NCBI RefSeq assembly: GCF_009834535.1
Contig: NC_045697.1
Location: 48,114,001 to 48,178,000 of the forward strand
DNA: 64,000 bases
Direction of reading: 5' to 3'
Origin: Camelus ferus
Lineage: Eukaryota
Numbering within the stretch: position 1 is the stretch's first letter; every line of letters starts with the position of its first letter. Made by a program: the position numbers and the translations under genes. The notes under the pieces are model-generated. The model did not search any database. It had not been told where the DNA came from and saw only the letters and a list, made by a program, of their open reading frames with translations. Below, one piece after another: positions 24,664-38,153 of the stretch.

Positions 24664-27600
24664 GCACGGTAGGAAGTTTTTTCTGTTCTACTGAGGTCAG
24701 TGGTTCTTGGGGCTGAGGGGGAGGAAGCTGGCCCTGTGGGTGGGATGCTGGCGGCAAAGAAGCATGCTCCCACAGATTAACAACGACTAGTGGTATTTAC
24801 TGGCAGGGGCTAGAGATGAGAAGCATCCCCCAGTGTGCGGGACACGCTCAGCCCAGGAATCAAAGTGCCAGTGGTGTTTCTGTTGAGAAACCACAGGAGA
24901 ATAATGCTTGAGTCTTTTCACTTTCTACCTCCTACAAAGGAAAGCACCATAGAGACCACAGGTACATCTGATGGGCTGTGGAGCCAGGTTGTGTGAGGGG
25001 GGAAGGAACCAGGTTGGTCCTCATTGTGGATTTCTACGTACCTCTGTAGACTCATGCTTGTTTGTTCTCACTCTGTTCAGCACATCGTTACAGGACACTG
25101 TGAAGACTTGGCTCTGGAATTCTCCCCACAAACTCTCCCCGCTCTGTAAGGTTGTGCTCAGCTATGAGTCACAGTGTAGCAGGCAGTATTGCTTCCAGAG
25201 TTTCCTAGGGTGAAGAAAAAGGGAACCTGTAGAGTAGACGTGCCTTTGTTCAATTCTCGCTGTATTTATTTTGAGTGCAAAGTAACCGAGCAAATTCACT
25301 GGGAAGGACAGTAAAAATCGATGGTGAGAGTGGAGATGTCCGCAAAGTGCATACAGAGAAGTCTCTTTATGCTGCTCAGAGACCTGGCCAACATCTTCTT
25401 ATAGGTTAGCCTAGTTTGTATTGCAGACTTTGTTGATCTGTAATAGCTGTACTTTAGGGACTGTCACCCGACCAGTAACACACCCCAGCCAGATAAAAGA
25501 AAGGGCCTAGAGGTTTATACAGAGCAAATCACAAGTTTTTAGCAAAGTCTAGATCATAGTTTGGAGAAAATCAAGTTGCAAGACATTTTTCCATTTTTGA
25601 AATTTGTTTGGAGCACAGCAGTTCAGTGGGACCACAGGAGAGGCCATGTGACTTTTCTCTTCATGAATCAACAAAAGTTGTACTGGAACCAAAGTATTTC
25701 TATTGGCAAATGCTCCAGAACTTGATTTGACTTTGCACTCCTGCATTTAATTGAGAGGCAAGATACAGATCAAGGTGTTCCAGGTGAGATCCCTGTATAT
25801 TAGCAGGTTTGTGATAGAAGAACTCTTTCTTACTATTGTCAGTGAAGTTAATGTCTGAGGGGACTTTTGAGAACAGAAAGGACTATTAATAGTTGCTTGG
25901 GTTTAAAATTAATGTTCAGTTTTAAAGTTCAGATTTTCAAATTTACATTTTTATCAAGTTTAACCTATAAATCTTAGTCTAACATTTTTATAAATCTTAA
26001 TCACTTTTACTTGATTTTTAATGTTTAACCTTAGTCCAACAAACAAAATTCACCTTAAACAATCAGGCTCATTTATCAACTTGGTTGAATAAATTCCTTT
26101 TAAGTTTTAGAATAAATATCTTAATGTAGTATATTCCATTTTTCTCGGTATTTCAAATACTTGACAAGACAAAAATCACAACCTTAACAGGTCTCCCTGA
26201 TTACCTACGAAAATCTTGCTAATTAAATATGTAAAATTATGAATTTTTTCACATCAAGTTTTCTTAAATATTCTAATATGTTTAAAATTGATATTAAATA
26301 AACTTTTCAGCTTAAAATCATAGACTTAAAATAGTTACACTTCAAATTGAAGTCATGTTTCCCTGAGAGGCCAAATTCTTTTATACTTTATAAATACATG
26401 AGTTTGATTTATTCCATCATCTCTAACTGTAATTCTAAACCTTCCTGGCTTGTAAAGTCACTTTCCCAAATATGGAGAGCTCATTCACATGTCCAAATGC
26501 AGTGGTGGAAAGTGGCTGGATCCCAGAAATGTTAAGGAAGTGGGGATAATTGCTCTTGGTAAATGATTTAAAGAGGAAAGTTAGGGAGAGAGAGGGGTCA
26601 AAAAAGGCACTCGAGTTGAATTTGAATGGCTCGTAGTGCCAAAATTTACAGGGGTGAGCAGTATTAGAGGGGGAAGGATGTGATGAGCAGTGCGAACTTT
26701 AGGACTAGAAGATGCCTTAGCAGTTGTCTAAATCGCTCTTCTTATTTACAGAGGTGAGGAAACTCAGACTCAGAGATCAACTGATTTCTTTTTCAGTTAA
26801 AAAAGAAAACTTTTCCAGTGTATGTGGCTAGGGAGTGACACACTTGTTTCTCCTGGGTTCGCTTCCTTTCAGTATTTCTGTCTCAAAAATAGGCAGGATG
26901 AAGTGGGATCCTGAAGAAATTGTTCCTGTCTTGTCAGTACTAGAAAACTGACAAAGCAAAGAGTAGAAAAGTTGCTTCCAAGATTCTGCCCACAACCTGG
27001 GATGGCATGAAGCAAGGTAAGGACTTAGAAAAAGAAAAAGCTACGTTTGTGAGTCAGGCAGGTACAGAGTAGGCTTAACAGCCCAGTTGTCCTCTTGCCC
27101 TGGGTAAGATGCCGCACTCCACCACCAACTTCACAGGTTGACTGTGAGCATAAATGCTAGATGTCAAAATTCCAAGTTTGCAGGACACAAAGCAGCACTT
27201 TTGTTATTAATATATGTTGATATTAGCACTGCCAAAAACCAACCTCGGATTTTGGCCTTGGGGAAACCCAAGTTTTACAAGCTTTTCACTTTGAACTGGT
27301 TGGATGGTCTTATTAGTCATGGGCCAGCACCGAGGTTCCAGTTCTGCTCTGAGGAACTTGAGAGTGCAGAGCTGGAGCACACGGACAAGGCAGGGGGCCA
27401 AAAAAGAGGAGACTTCCTCAATTTTAATTTTCCTTGGAATTTTAGCTTTTGCTAGAAAAAAATCACCTTCCTAGTTCTTCTCATTGTGACAAAAGAGACA
27501 TAGAGGGACCTTCAAAGCCCCTTCCAGTCAATAGGGTTTAGAACTGGCCAGAGTTTCCAGGAATCATGACATTCATAGAAAGTGGAACCCCCTACCTGCC

Positions 27601-28334
27601 TTGCACATGACAGCAGCACACCTGGAGGTAGATACATGACTACTTGCCTCACCAAGCCGTCAGGGGGGTTCCTCCAAGGAATTGCCAGATCACACATTCA
27701 AGAGTCTCTCTAAGAAGTACTTAGGGAAAAAAAAATTCCCTTTCATTAATCCTATAGGTATAATTGGATAAGAAAAAGAGGGTAGAGTAAGGAAGTTTTC
27801 TAAACTGTTACTTTTAACAAGTAGAAAAAAGACTTAAACCCAGGTTGGAATAATTGTGGCAGAGTGAATCCTGGTAACCTCAGTATGTGCCCTTATTGCA
27901 GTTGAGATTTTCAGATTCTCACTGACTATAGTGAAAGTGTATCTGCATATGTGGTTATCTTAGGTGGGAGACTGTGAGGAGATGCTTTAATTTAAAAAAA
28001 TGAGTGCTGAATATACCCAACATGGCATTCTTTGAAGTTGCTCTTGGGCAGAGAGTCTACAAGTTACAAGTAATAATAAAACATGGTACAATTTCCAAAA
28101 CTAGATGTCAGGCAAAATAACAAATCTCTGTCTTTGTGGGCATCATGATTGTCTACCAGGGATGTCGACCACGGTGAAATGGAATATCTATGGAATTCCA
28201 TCCAGAGGTAATGGATATCTAATAAGTGGAATAGCTCTTTTTTGAAATGAGAATCAGTGTGCCTTTCTTTGCCTATCCTCATTTTTAATTTAAGGAAGTG
28301 GGAGGCAGAAAATGCAAATAAAGCAAATGGATGG

Positions 28335-28510
28335 CGGCTATAGTCAATAGTATTGTATTGACTTTGTGTGGTGACAGATGGTAACTAGACCTATTGTGGT
28401 GTTCATTTCACAGTATATATAAATGTCAAATCATTTCCTTGTACACCTGAAATGAATATAATAAAATATAATACAGTATTGTATGTCAATTTTACTTCAA
28501 TTAAAGAAAA
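28335..28510 (+). mobile_element. L1 3' end fragment
   Basis: 'gtggtgacagatggtaactagac...gtacacctgaaatgaatataata...gtcaattttacttcaattaaagaaaa'. Confidence 0.75.
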
Positions 28511-29354
28511 CAGGTGGAAAGATTGGGGCCCATGATTCAGGCAAGGAATCTCAGTGAACTAATCTTCCATTTGTTATAAAGTACTTTTGAAATGTTAATT
28601 TTGTTACTGACTCATGGGTCTCTGCTTGACTGAACTCTCCGTGATTATTTCACATCTAATTTGAGATGATGTGTAAAAGAAAACTGAGTACACATTTCTT
28701 TAGCTTGGCACCTGGCAGCTGATAATGAACTAGAATTTATTTTCTTGCTCAGAACAGTAAGTCTGAACCTGCTGCAGATCTTGGAAGACACTGGGCTTGT
28801 AACCACATTTCTTCCATTTCTCTCTTTGGTCCCTCTTTTGGAGGTTACATGATGAGTCACATGCTGGTTTTAGGCTCCATCTTCCTGGGTTTACCGAATT
28901 TTTGTATTTGGCGAGGTTGATGTTGCCACATTATACCACTCACCACTGGATGCCAGTAGAGGACGGTGGCTTAAATTCAGAGGGTTGAATGTGATCATTT
29001 CTAGGTCAGTGGAATAACATTAGAAATGGAAGAATAATCCCAACTTCCTGGAATTTATAAAGCACAGAAATGACCCCAACTTACATGTAGCTGACCTGAT
29101 TTTATTCTTAGTTCTCTAAGGGGTAGATATTATTTTCATCTGAAAACTTAGGACAGTGAGACTCAGAGAATTTAATTATATTTCAGTTAATCACTAGCAG
29201 AACCAAATTTTGATCCAAGATCCTCAAACTTCCACTTCTTATCGTTCTTCTTAGCCTGGTTGCAGACCTAGCTTGGGGGAATTATGTCTTACCCCTTGGA
29301 TTTTATTATATGCTGCCTTTTTGCAGTAAGAATACAGTGAGGAATAGAAAAGAA

Positions 29355-29490
29355 AGAGCTTCTCAGTGTTGCATAGAAATCATCTGGGAATCTTGTTAAA
29401 ATGCAGATTCTGATTCAGAGCCTGCATTTCTAACATGCTCTCAAATGATGCCAGTGTTGCTATTTGGGGGACCCTGCTTTGAGAGGCAAG
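29355..29490. mobile_element. MER5-like hAT DNA transposon (MITE) remnant
   Basis: 'catctgggaatcttgttaaaatgcagattctgattcag...ctgcatttctaaca' is MER5-like; a similar copy lies at ~57200-57335. Confidence 0.7.
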
Positions 29491-30614
29491 ACTCTAGAGT
29501 CCTGAGTTTGGGCACTGACATAAGGGAGTCATGGGGTCTCTGGGAGACACTTTCAGAGGTCTCACTCTGAGTGGAGAAGGAAGTAGGGAATTTGTGCCCA
29601 GCATTAACACCACCTCCCTCACTGCTTCAGTCTTCAACATTGTATTTTTCAGGCCAGCCACTTGGGGGTGCTGAAGAACATCCTTGAAAGCTGCAGAACC
29701 CTGTGAGGTCATCTGAGGGTCCTAGGTTGGCCTCTGGATTGATGGAGAGGGCAGTTGTTCAGGAGTGAATGAGAAACAGAAGGGCCTCCAAGCCAGAGGA
29801 TGTGTCAGACAGAGCTGGAGTCCCTGCTAGGAACCCTGCCCAGAGATCAGCAGAATCAGGCCAAGGAAGCACTGTTTGGGTCCTCACCACTCTCTGTCTT
29901 CCTCCTTGGAGGGAAAAAGATGTTAGTCCCATTATCTTCTTAACAGGGAGAAAGGACTGCATCAGGGATATTTCCTGGAGCTTCTAACCCCGCTAAAATT
30001 AGGAATATAATATGATATTTATTTATTTGACCCTGAGGTTTCAAATGGAGAGGCTGTCATCCAGATGAGAAAAAAAAAAAAAAAAAAGCTTGCAAATCAA
30101 ATTGATTGTCTACCCTAGGAATGAGCAATTTTTTCTTCAATAGTGTAACATATTATAAAAATACACATGTGCAGTCTTCATTACTTTGATTGGAATGAGC
30201 TATAATTGAGACTGTCCTTCATCGGACATATAAAACAATGAGATTATGGTATTTGGAGTCTGCATGCTGGGATTCAAACACCAGAACCGACATTCATAAG
30301 CTGTATGACTCTGGGCAAATTCCTTAACCTTTCTGAACTTTAGTTTCCTCATCTGACCCCGTCTGGGTGGGTTGGGTCAATGAGGGGATGGAGAGCTCCT
30401 ATGTAAAGGAAGTTCCTTGCTTTTAAAAATAGAATTGGCTTTGGCTTATCTCCCCATCCCAACCTCCCTCCCAGCTGCTAATGTCCCTGGGTAAATACAA
30501 GCAGAGATTGTGTTTTGTAGGGTTCTTTGTTTTGAAAAAAAGAGAATTATGTTGCAAATCTTTTTGTTGGAAATAAATAAAACACTTCCTTTTCCTTGGG
30601 GGAGGGAGGAGAAA

Positions 30615-30950
30615 GGAAGATTGGAGGGTGAGAGGAAATAGAGGTAGAAGAATTTATTTCCTCCACTCCCTGTTCACACTCAGGTCCGGTTGTGGTTGAT
30701 CCCTCAATGGCCATGGCTCCTGTCAGGCAACCTAGCTTCTGAGCTGCAGCTCTCCAAATAACCTTCCATGACACAATTTCCTTCTCCTTCTCCATCATGC
30801 CTCGGTAGGCATGGCTACTAGGCCTTGGGTGCCTCAACATTCCTTGTTGGTTCCTTTAACCCGCCCACACCTCTGAAATAGTGCCTTCTTTGCCTTCTCT
30901 TCAAAGTCCCAGCTGAGTGTGCTGTCTCCTAGTGGAACTCTAAATGATAT
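30615..30950 (+). mobile_element. ERVL-class LTR remnant (LTR33-like)
   Basis: 'ggccatggctcctgtcaggc', 'aacattccttgttggttcctttaacccgcccacacctctgaaatagt', ending 'gaactctaaatgata'. Confidence 0.6.
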
Positions 30951-31464
30951 AGCATGTAAGAATTAAAGAAATGCTAGTCATCTTAAACGCATTGTGAGAA
31001 TGGATTCATTATTGATTTTGCTGTTTCCAGTGATATATACTAGTACCCTAATGTCATGACATACTTCTAGTGGAATTTATCTTGAAGATTCTAATATTAT
31101 ACAACTGTATTAACTTTTGATGACAATAATCAATTGATTCAAATCTGCCAGCATGTTCAGGTGCACAATGGTAAAAATATGTGGTTAGGTCCTACTTTCT
31201 CCTAGTCATGTATTCTAGGCAATGTGGTAAAAGAAAAAAAAAAACCTTCCTAAATATTCCAAACTGCATGCTGTATAAGATGTTCTTCATTTTGCACTAG
31301 AGCTGCCTACTGAATAGCTGGGATGCTGTGTGGGAGATACAGAAAAGTCTGACTCACTGTCTCCAAAAGGATTGCAATCCAGTTAAATGAATAGGACAAA
31401 CATGTGAAAAATTCTTTCTTACAGTATCTTAAATGAGAAAGTTACAAGACATTCCCTCCTTCCT

Positions 31465-32525
31465 TTATATATTTAGTCAACAAATATTTGTTGAAATCCT
31501 ACTGTGTGCTGGACCATAATTGATGCTAAGGATACAAGGATGAGCAAAGCCAAGTATAGTTCTTGACCTCATGGAGTTTAAAGCCTAATGGAGAGATAAG
31601 GTATTTGTTACATCGTCACACTAACAAGTGTATAGCTAGTGACTGAGGGAAATGCTCTCAGGAAGAGAAGCAGTTACATGAGAGCATATCACAAAGAGGT
31701 CTGACCTAGGCTGGAGAGACATGGAAGGCTTTCCTGAGGAAGTGACCCTTGAGCTTGGAAATGAAACAGAAGTGACATCATCTGATTTGCATTTGGAAGG
31801 ATCACCTTAGCTACATTATGGAAGGATTTCAGAAGGGATGGGGGAGACAGACAGCTTTAAGCTATTTCATTAGGTGAGGTAAGAACTGATGGCATCTTGG
31901 CATAGGGTGGCAGTAAAGATGGAGAGTATGGACAGATTGGGGGATATTTAGACAAATGGGTCAACAGAGTTTTGTTACGGACTAGATATGGAGCTGGTGG
32001 TAATAAAAAATAAACTTTGAAATGAGTCCTAGTTTTCCATCTTGCCCAATTAGCTAGGTTGTGGAGACTTCACTGAGGTAGGTAATGCTGGAATTGGACC
32101 AGATTGGGATTCGATTATGAATTTTGGTCCTTGACACTGAGTTTGAGGCACCTTTGCAAAATTCCAAATGGAGATATAGCAGAGTCATTTGGGTGGAACA
32201 GAATGGAGTTCAGAGTAGAACTAGGGGTAAAAAGTTGGGAGTCATCAGTGTCTACATGGCAATGAAAACTGTGGTCTTAGATAATATTTCTTGGGGAGAA
32301 GGTATATAATGATAAAAGAAGAACAAGTTTGCTTTTTCTACTGTCGAGTGGCCCGAGAGAGAGAAGTGAGCCTGAAAATAAAAGAGTAGCCAGAAATGTG
32401 GAAGGAAATCCAGGAGAAACGTGCCATTCTGGTTGCCAAGGGGAGAGACTGTGCGTTCATCCTCCTTTCCTGGAAAATACTATTGAGTGTCATAAAATGA
32501 GCATAAAACGCTGACCGTTATACTT
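31465..32525 (-). mobile_element. L2 LINE remnant
   Basis: 'caacaaatatttgttgaaatcctactgtgtgctgg', 'gacctcatggagtttaaagcctaatgg', 'tctgatttgcatttggaaggatcacc' and 'gttgggagtcatcagtgtctacatgg'. Confidence 0.7.
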
Positions 32526-32531
32526 GGCAAC

Positions 32532-32820
32532 TGTGGCAGATCTATTATCATTCCCAATTATTGACCCCTTTCTATACCCATGCCCTTTACTGTGTGTTTT
32601 TGCAGTTCCACTAGAAGTGAAATAAACTTCCTGCCACACTGATAATGGGCATGGCCATATAACTTGCTTTGGCCAAAAAATGTGAGTGGAAGTAACAAGT
32701 TGGTAATTCCAGGCCTAGACCATAAAAGGCGTAACATGTTTCTGCTCATTTCTACATCTTCCACAGCTATGAGAATATGCCCTGAATACCATCTGATCCC
32801 CCCAAGATAAGAGACACATG
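32532..32820 (+). mobile_element. MaLR (MLT1-like) LTR fragment truncated by L1
   Basis: 'gggcatggccatataacttgctttggccaaaaaatgtgagtggaagt'. Confidence 0.65.
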
Positions 32821-34255
32821 CTGAATAGTATTCCATTGTATGTATGTATGTATGTATGTATGTGTATGTATGTATGTATGTATCTATATGTATGTATAGC
32901 ACATATTCTTTATCCAATCATCTGTTGGTAGACACTTAGGTTGCTTCCATGTCTTGACTACTGTAAATAGTGCTGCTATGAACATGGGGGGCAGATATCT
33001 TTTTGAATTAGAGTTTTCTCCAGACGTATTCCCAGGAATGGGATTACTGGATCATATGGTAAGTCTATTTTTAGTTTTTTAAAGGAATCTCCATACTGTT
33101 CTCCATAATGGCTACATCAATTTACATTCTACACCAATAGTGTAGGAAGGTTCCCTTTTCTCCACACCCTCTCTAGCTCTTATTATTTGTAAACTTTTTT
33201 TTAACATTTTTTATTGATTTATAATCATTTTACAATGTTGTGTCTATTTCCAGTGTTCAGCACAATTTTTCAGTCATTCATGGACATATACACACTCATT
33301 GTAAACTTTTTGATTATAGCCATTCTGCCTGGTGTGAGGTGATACCTCATTGTAGTTTTGATTTGCATTTTTCTAGTAATTAGCCATGTTGAGCGTCTTT
33401 CCTTGTGCCTGTTGGCCATATGTATGTCTTTTTTGGAGAAATGTCTGTTTAGATCTTCTGCCCATTTTTTTGATTGGGTTGTTTGTATTTTTGATGTTAA
33501 GTTGTATGAGCTGTTTGTGTACTTTGGAAATTAAGCCCTGGTCAGTTGCATTTTTTTGCAAATATTTTCTCCCAGTCCATAGATTGTCGTTTCATTTTCT
33601 TGATGGTTTTCTTTACTGTACAAAAACTTCTAAATTTGATTAGGCCCTGTTTGTTTATTTTTGTTTTTATTTCTTTTGCCTTAGGAGACTGATCTAAGAA
33701 AACATTGCTGCAATTTACGTCAGAGAATGTTTTGCGTATGTTCTCTCCTAGGAGTTCTATGGTGTCATGTCTTATATTTAAGACTTTAAGCCATTTTAAG
33801 TTCATTTTTGTGTATGGTGTGAGGGAGTGTTCTAACTTCATTGATTTACATGTGGCTGTCCAGTTTTCCCAACACCACTTGCTGAAGAGACTGTCTTTTC
33901 TCCATTGTATAATCTTGCCTCCTTTGTCAAAGATTAATTGACCATAGGTGTCTGGGTTTATATCTGAGCTTTCTATTCTGTTCCATTGATCCATATGTCT
34001 GTTTTTGTTCTATTACCATGCTGTTTCGATTACTGTGGCTTTGTGGTATTGTCTGAAGTCTGGAAGGGTTATGCCTCCAGCTTTGGTCTTTTTCTTCAGG
34101 ATTGCTTTGGCAATTCTGGGTCTTTTGTGGGTCCACATAAATTTTAGGGTTATTTATTCTAGTTCTGTGAAAAATGTCCTGGATAATTTGATACGGATTG
34201 CATTAAATCTGTAGATTGCTTTGGGTAGCATGACCATTTTAACAATGTTAATAGG
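32821..34255 (-). mobile_element. 5'-truncated L1 (C-terminal ORF2 remnants plus part of the 3' region)
   Basis: ORF 33542-33994 '[62 protein letters not shown]' is L1 ORF2p. Confidence 0.93.
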
Positions 34256-34779
34256 AAGAGGCTTTTTTTTGTTTTTGTTTTTGAGATGAGAATGACTAAA
34301 ATATATTTAAATGATATGAAGATAGAACTAATTGGGAGGAAGTGGTTGACTGTAGTGGAGAACAAAACAAAGGATGGTTAATAGTGTGTGGTTCCTGAGA
34401 TAGTGAGAAAGGATAAGGTTTAAAACACAGGTAGAGGGATTGCCCTTGGAGGAATAAGAAGGAGAGGTACCTACTCTAATGTAGCAAAAAGGAATTGACA
34501 AAGATGGAAGGAGATTTGACTAGACTTGCAGATCTGGTGGAGAGAATTTGAGTGTGTCCTGTGTAATCACCTTAAGTGACTCACTATTTTTCTGTGAAAA
34601 AGAGCAATATTGTCCCATTAAAGTTAGGCTAGAATCCACATTTGACCAATTCCCAAATGATATGAATGATAGCTAGGAAATGTACCTGTTTGTCTTGCTC
34701 CTACAGATGAATGTCCTTCAAAGGCTGCAGCTCATGGTTTGTTTTAGGGGGAAAGCAAGATCTGAATGTGGGCTATAAA

Positions 34780-36385
34780 ACATTGTGAGAGAAATTACAG
34801 AAGTCTTATATAAATGGAGAGATATACTGTGTTCATAACTGAAAGACTTAGGATTATCAAGATGCCATTTATCCCCAAACTGACCTCTAAATTCAGCACA
34901 ATTCCAATCAAAATCATTTTAAGGGGCATAGAAATTGACAGTGATTCTAAAATTTATATGGAAAAGCAAAGAACTTGAGTACAAAATAATTTTGAAAAAG
35001 AACAAAATTGGAAGACTCCTGCTACTGAGTTTTAAGACTTACTATTAAGCTACACTAATTAAGACCATATGGTATTGGCATGAGGATAGACATATAAATC
35101 AATAAACCAGAATAGGAAGCCAGAAGTAGACCCACACTTAAATGGTCAATTTCTTTTTGATAATTTTGCCAATGTGACTCAGTGGAGAAAGGCTTTCATG
35201 TATGGTAAATTTCAAATGTAGATGTATGGATCTCAAACCCATTAAAAACTGCTCAACACCATTAGCCATTTTAATTAATTAATACAAATTAAGATCACAA
35301 GAGATTATACAACTGAAATGTCTAAAGTTTAAAAGACTAGCAATACCAAGTACTGCTAAAGATGTGAAGCAACTGGGATTCTCATATATTGCTGGTGGGC
35401 ATGCAAAATACTACAGCCACTTCTCAAAATAGTTTAGCAGCTAGCTTCTTAATGTAGTTAAATATACATATATCACGTGGCCCAGCAATCTCACTTCTAG
35501 GTATTTACTCAAGAGAAACAAAATCATGTTTCCATAAAGACTTGTGTGTGAATGTTTATAGGAGTTTTATTCACAGTAGACCAAAATGGGAAACAACTTA
35601 AATGCCCATCAACTAGTGAATGAATACACAAATTGTGGTATATCGATACAATGGAATAGTATGTTGGTTAGTGTTGCCAAAAAACTGGCCTCTGTACCCC
35701 GATGTCCAAATTGAGACTCAGAGGCAGAGTTCTGGGAGAATTTGAAGAGAGCAGCTTTATTGCTTTCCCAGGCAAAGGGGAGTCACAGGAGACTAATGCC
35801 TCGGAAACTGTGAATCCATCTTGGGGTTGGTGTCCTGATGTTTTATAGAAAAACCAGATGGAACAGAAAGGCGACAACAATCAGGGCATTTTCCGGGGTG
35901 CTGATTCTTCTTAATCTTGATAAATCTGTCTGGCGTCATGGAGAAACTCTGGAGGGTCTGTTCAATCTTCTGAGGCTATCAGCCCATGACCGCCTTCCTG
36001 GAACACAGCTTCTGGGCTAAAGGACAAGCTATTCTGGGTAGAGAATATATAGGGAGTAGAGAGTGTAATGGAAGTGTTGGGGGCCATTTAGCACAAAAGC
36101 AGTTGAGCACGTAAAGCAGAGATGGGGGTTTGTCAGAAAAAAGAGAAAAACAAGTAGCAAGAATTCTAAGTCAGAATACTCAGCCAACAGTTTTAGCATG
36201 AGGGAAGACATTTTGTTAGTTTCCTACTCTTTCATTAGTAACAACAAAGAATAAACTACTGATACATTCAACAAGATGATGAATCTCAAAACCATCATGC
36301 AAAGTGAAAGTAGTCAGACAAAAGGCTCTACATTGTATAGTTCCACTTATTTTGCATTTTGGAAAAAACAAAATTATAGAACAGA
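34780..36385 (+). mobile_element. Old L1M-type fragment split by an LTR at 35672-36234
   Basis: 'aaatggagagatatactgtgttcat', 'attccaatcaaaatc' and 'ggtattggcatgaggatagacata'; resumes after the LTR with 'aactactgatacattcaacaagatgatgaatctcaaaa'. Confidence 0.8.
35672..36234 (-). mobile_element. Solo ERV LTR with 4-bp TSD
   Basis: TG...CA termini flanked by TTAG at 35668-35671 and 36235-36238; a minus-strand AATAAA ('ctttattg') near 35757. Confidence 0.8.
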
Positions 36386-36399
36386 ACAGGGGCTGGGCC

Positions 36400-36773
36400 T
36401 ATAATGGACTGAATGTTAGTGTCACCCCCAAGTTCATATGTTGAAAATCTACCCTCCAATGTGATAGTATTAGGAGGTGGGGCCATTCAGAGGTAATTAG
36501 TATTAATATGAGGCCGTAAAGGTGGAGCCCTCCTGAATGGGATTAGTGGACTTACAAAGGCCATCACAGAGCTCGCTTCCCTTCTCTGCTCTCTTCCGTG
36601 TGCGGATACAGGAATTCAGCAGCCTGGAACCAGGAGAGGGGCTTCCACCAGAATCCAGCTATGCTGGCCCTCTGATCTGGGACACCTAGCCTCCAGATTG
36701 TGAAAAATAAATTTCTGTTTATAAGTCATCCAGTCTATGATGCTTTGTTGGAGCAGCCCAAGCTAACTAGGAC
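36400..36773 (+). mobile_element. MaLR LTR (MLT1A/MST-like)
   Basis: 'ggactgaatgttagtgtcacccccaagttcatatgttgaaaatctaccctccaatgtgatagtattaggaggtggggcc...aaataaatttctgtttataagtcatccagtctatg'. Confidence 0.85.
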
Positions 36774-36964
36774 AGGGGCTATTCAGAATGACTCATTGAA
36801 CTGAAAACTTAAAGAGGGTGAATTTTACTGTATGTAAATTATAACAACTAACTTCATATTAACAAAGTTCACTAGATGACTCTAATGTACTGTGAGGGTT
36901 GAAAGTTCTTATCATAGAATAATGCTTTTCAAACTTTAGTACCATCAAAATCACCTGGAAGATT

Positions 36965-37805
36965 TGTAAAAGCTTTTTTTCTCAAGTGTTTACCACCACG
37001 AACCAATTTTCCAATTCTCTGATACCAACTGGGTGTCCAACAATTCAATTAAATTCTGATGCTTATGGTCTGTACCTAGCACCGATGCCACAGGTTAAGG
37101 GCTCAGTCCCACAGGACTGCCCCCCCCCCCACTTCAGATGCCAACTGCAAATGGGGTGCTCAGGCTACTCACATTTCTGCCCAGCCAACTACCAATCTGA
37201 AGATTCCCATGACTCCCCACCACCACCCCAGATTTGGTAATTTGCTAGAAAGACTCATAAAACATGGAAAAGTACTTTATTTACTATTCCTCGTTTATGA
37301 CAAAGGATACAGCTAAGGAACAGCCCCATGGAAGAGATGCATAGAATAAGATGTGGAGGGAGCGGGGCACATTGTTTCCATGCCCTTTCCAGGTGCACCA
37401 CCCTCCCAGCACCTCAGTGTGTTCACCAGCCCAGAAACTCTCCAAAGCCTGTTGTTTAGGAGTTCTTATGGAGGTTTCACTATGTAGGCATGATTGATTA
37501 GATCATTGGCCATTGAGGATTGGACTGCACCTCCAGCCTGTGTCCCTTCCCTGGAAGTCCAGGAGTGAGGCTGAAAGTTCCAAACCTCTAATCACATGGT
37601 TGTTTCCTCTGGCAACTGACCCCCATCCTGAAGCTACCTAGGGGTTCGCCAGTAGTCATCTCATTAGTATACACTCAGGTAGGATTGAAAGGGACTCTTT
37701 GTGAATAACAAAAGACACTCTTATCAGTCAGGAAATTCCAAGGGGTTTTGGAGTTCTGTGCCAGGAACCAGGGACAAAGACCAAATATAATTTTTATTAT
37801 ACCAC
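36965..37805. mobile_element. MER21-like LTR inserted into a MER5A-like element (~36920-37950)
   Basis: 'ccaactgggtgtccaacaattcaatt...ccacaggttaagggctcagtcccacaggactgccc', ending 'ttattataccaca'; MER5 sequence on both flanks. Confidence 0.7.
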
Positions 37806-38033
37806 AGTTTGTTAAACACTGATTGCTGGGCCCAACCCCTGAGTTTCTTATTCATTAGGTTTGGAGAGGGGCTTGAGAATATGTATTTTAACAAGTTTCC
37901 AGATGCTACTGATAGTGCTCTTCAAAGACTACACACGGAGAACCTCTGTCCTTGAGGGTCACAAGTTGTGTGATGTCTCTTAATTATTACCCTTCTGATT
38001 CATGGCCCTCCTCTCTTTCTCAGTTCCATCCAG

Positions 38034-38081
38034 TTTTTTGTTTGTTTGTTTGTTTGTTTGTTTGTTTTTGTTTTTGTTTTG
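38034..38081 (+). repeat. (TTTG)n/(TTTTTG)n microsatellite
   Basis: Read directly from the sequence. Confidence 0.95.
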
Positions 38082-38153
38082 TAGACCAGCATATTGATTC
38101 TGTTCAAAAGGACCACCAAACTTTACCTCAGAGCAAGTAAACCCTGGGCTATA

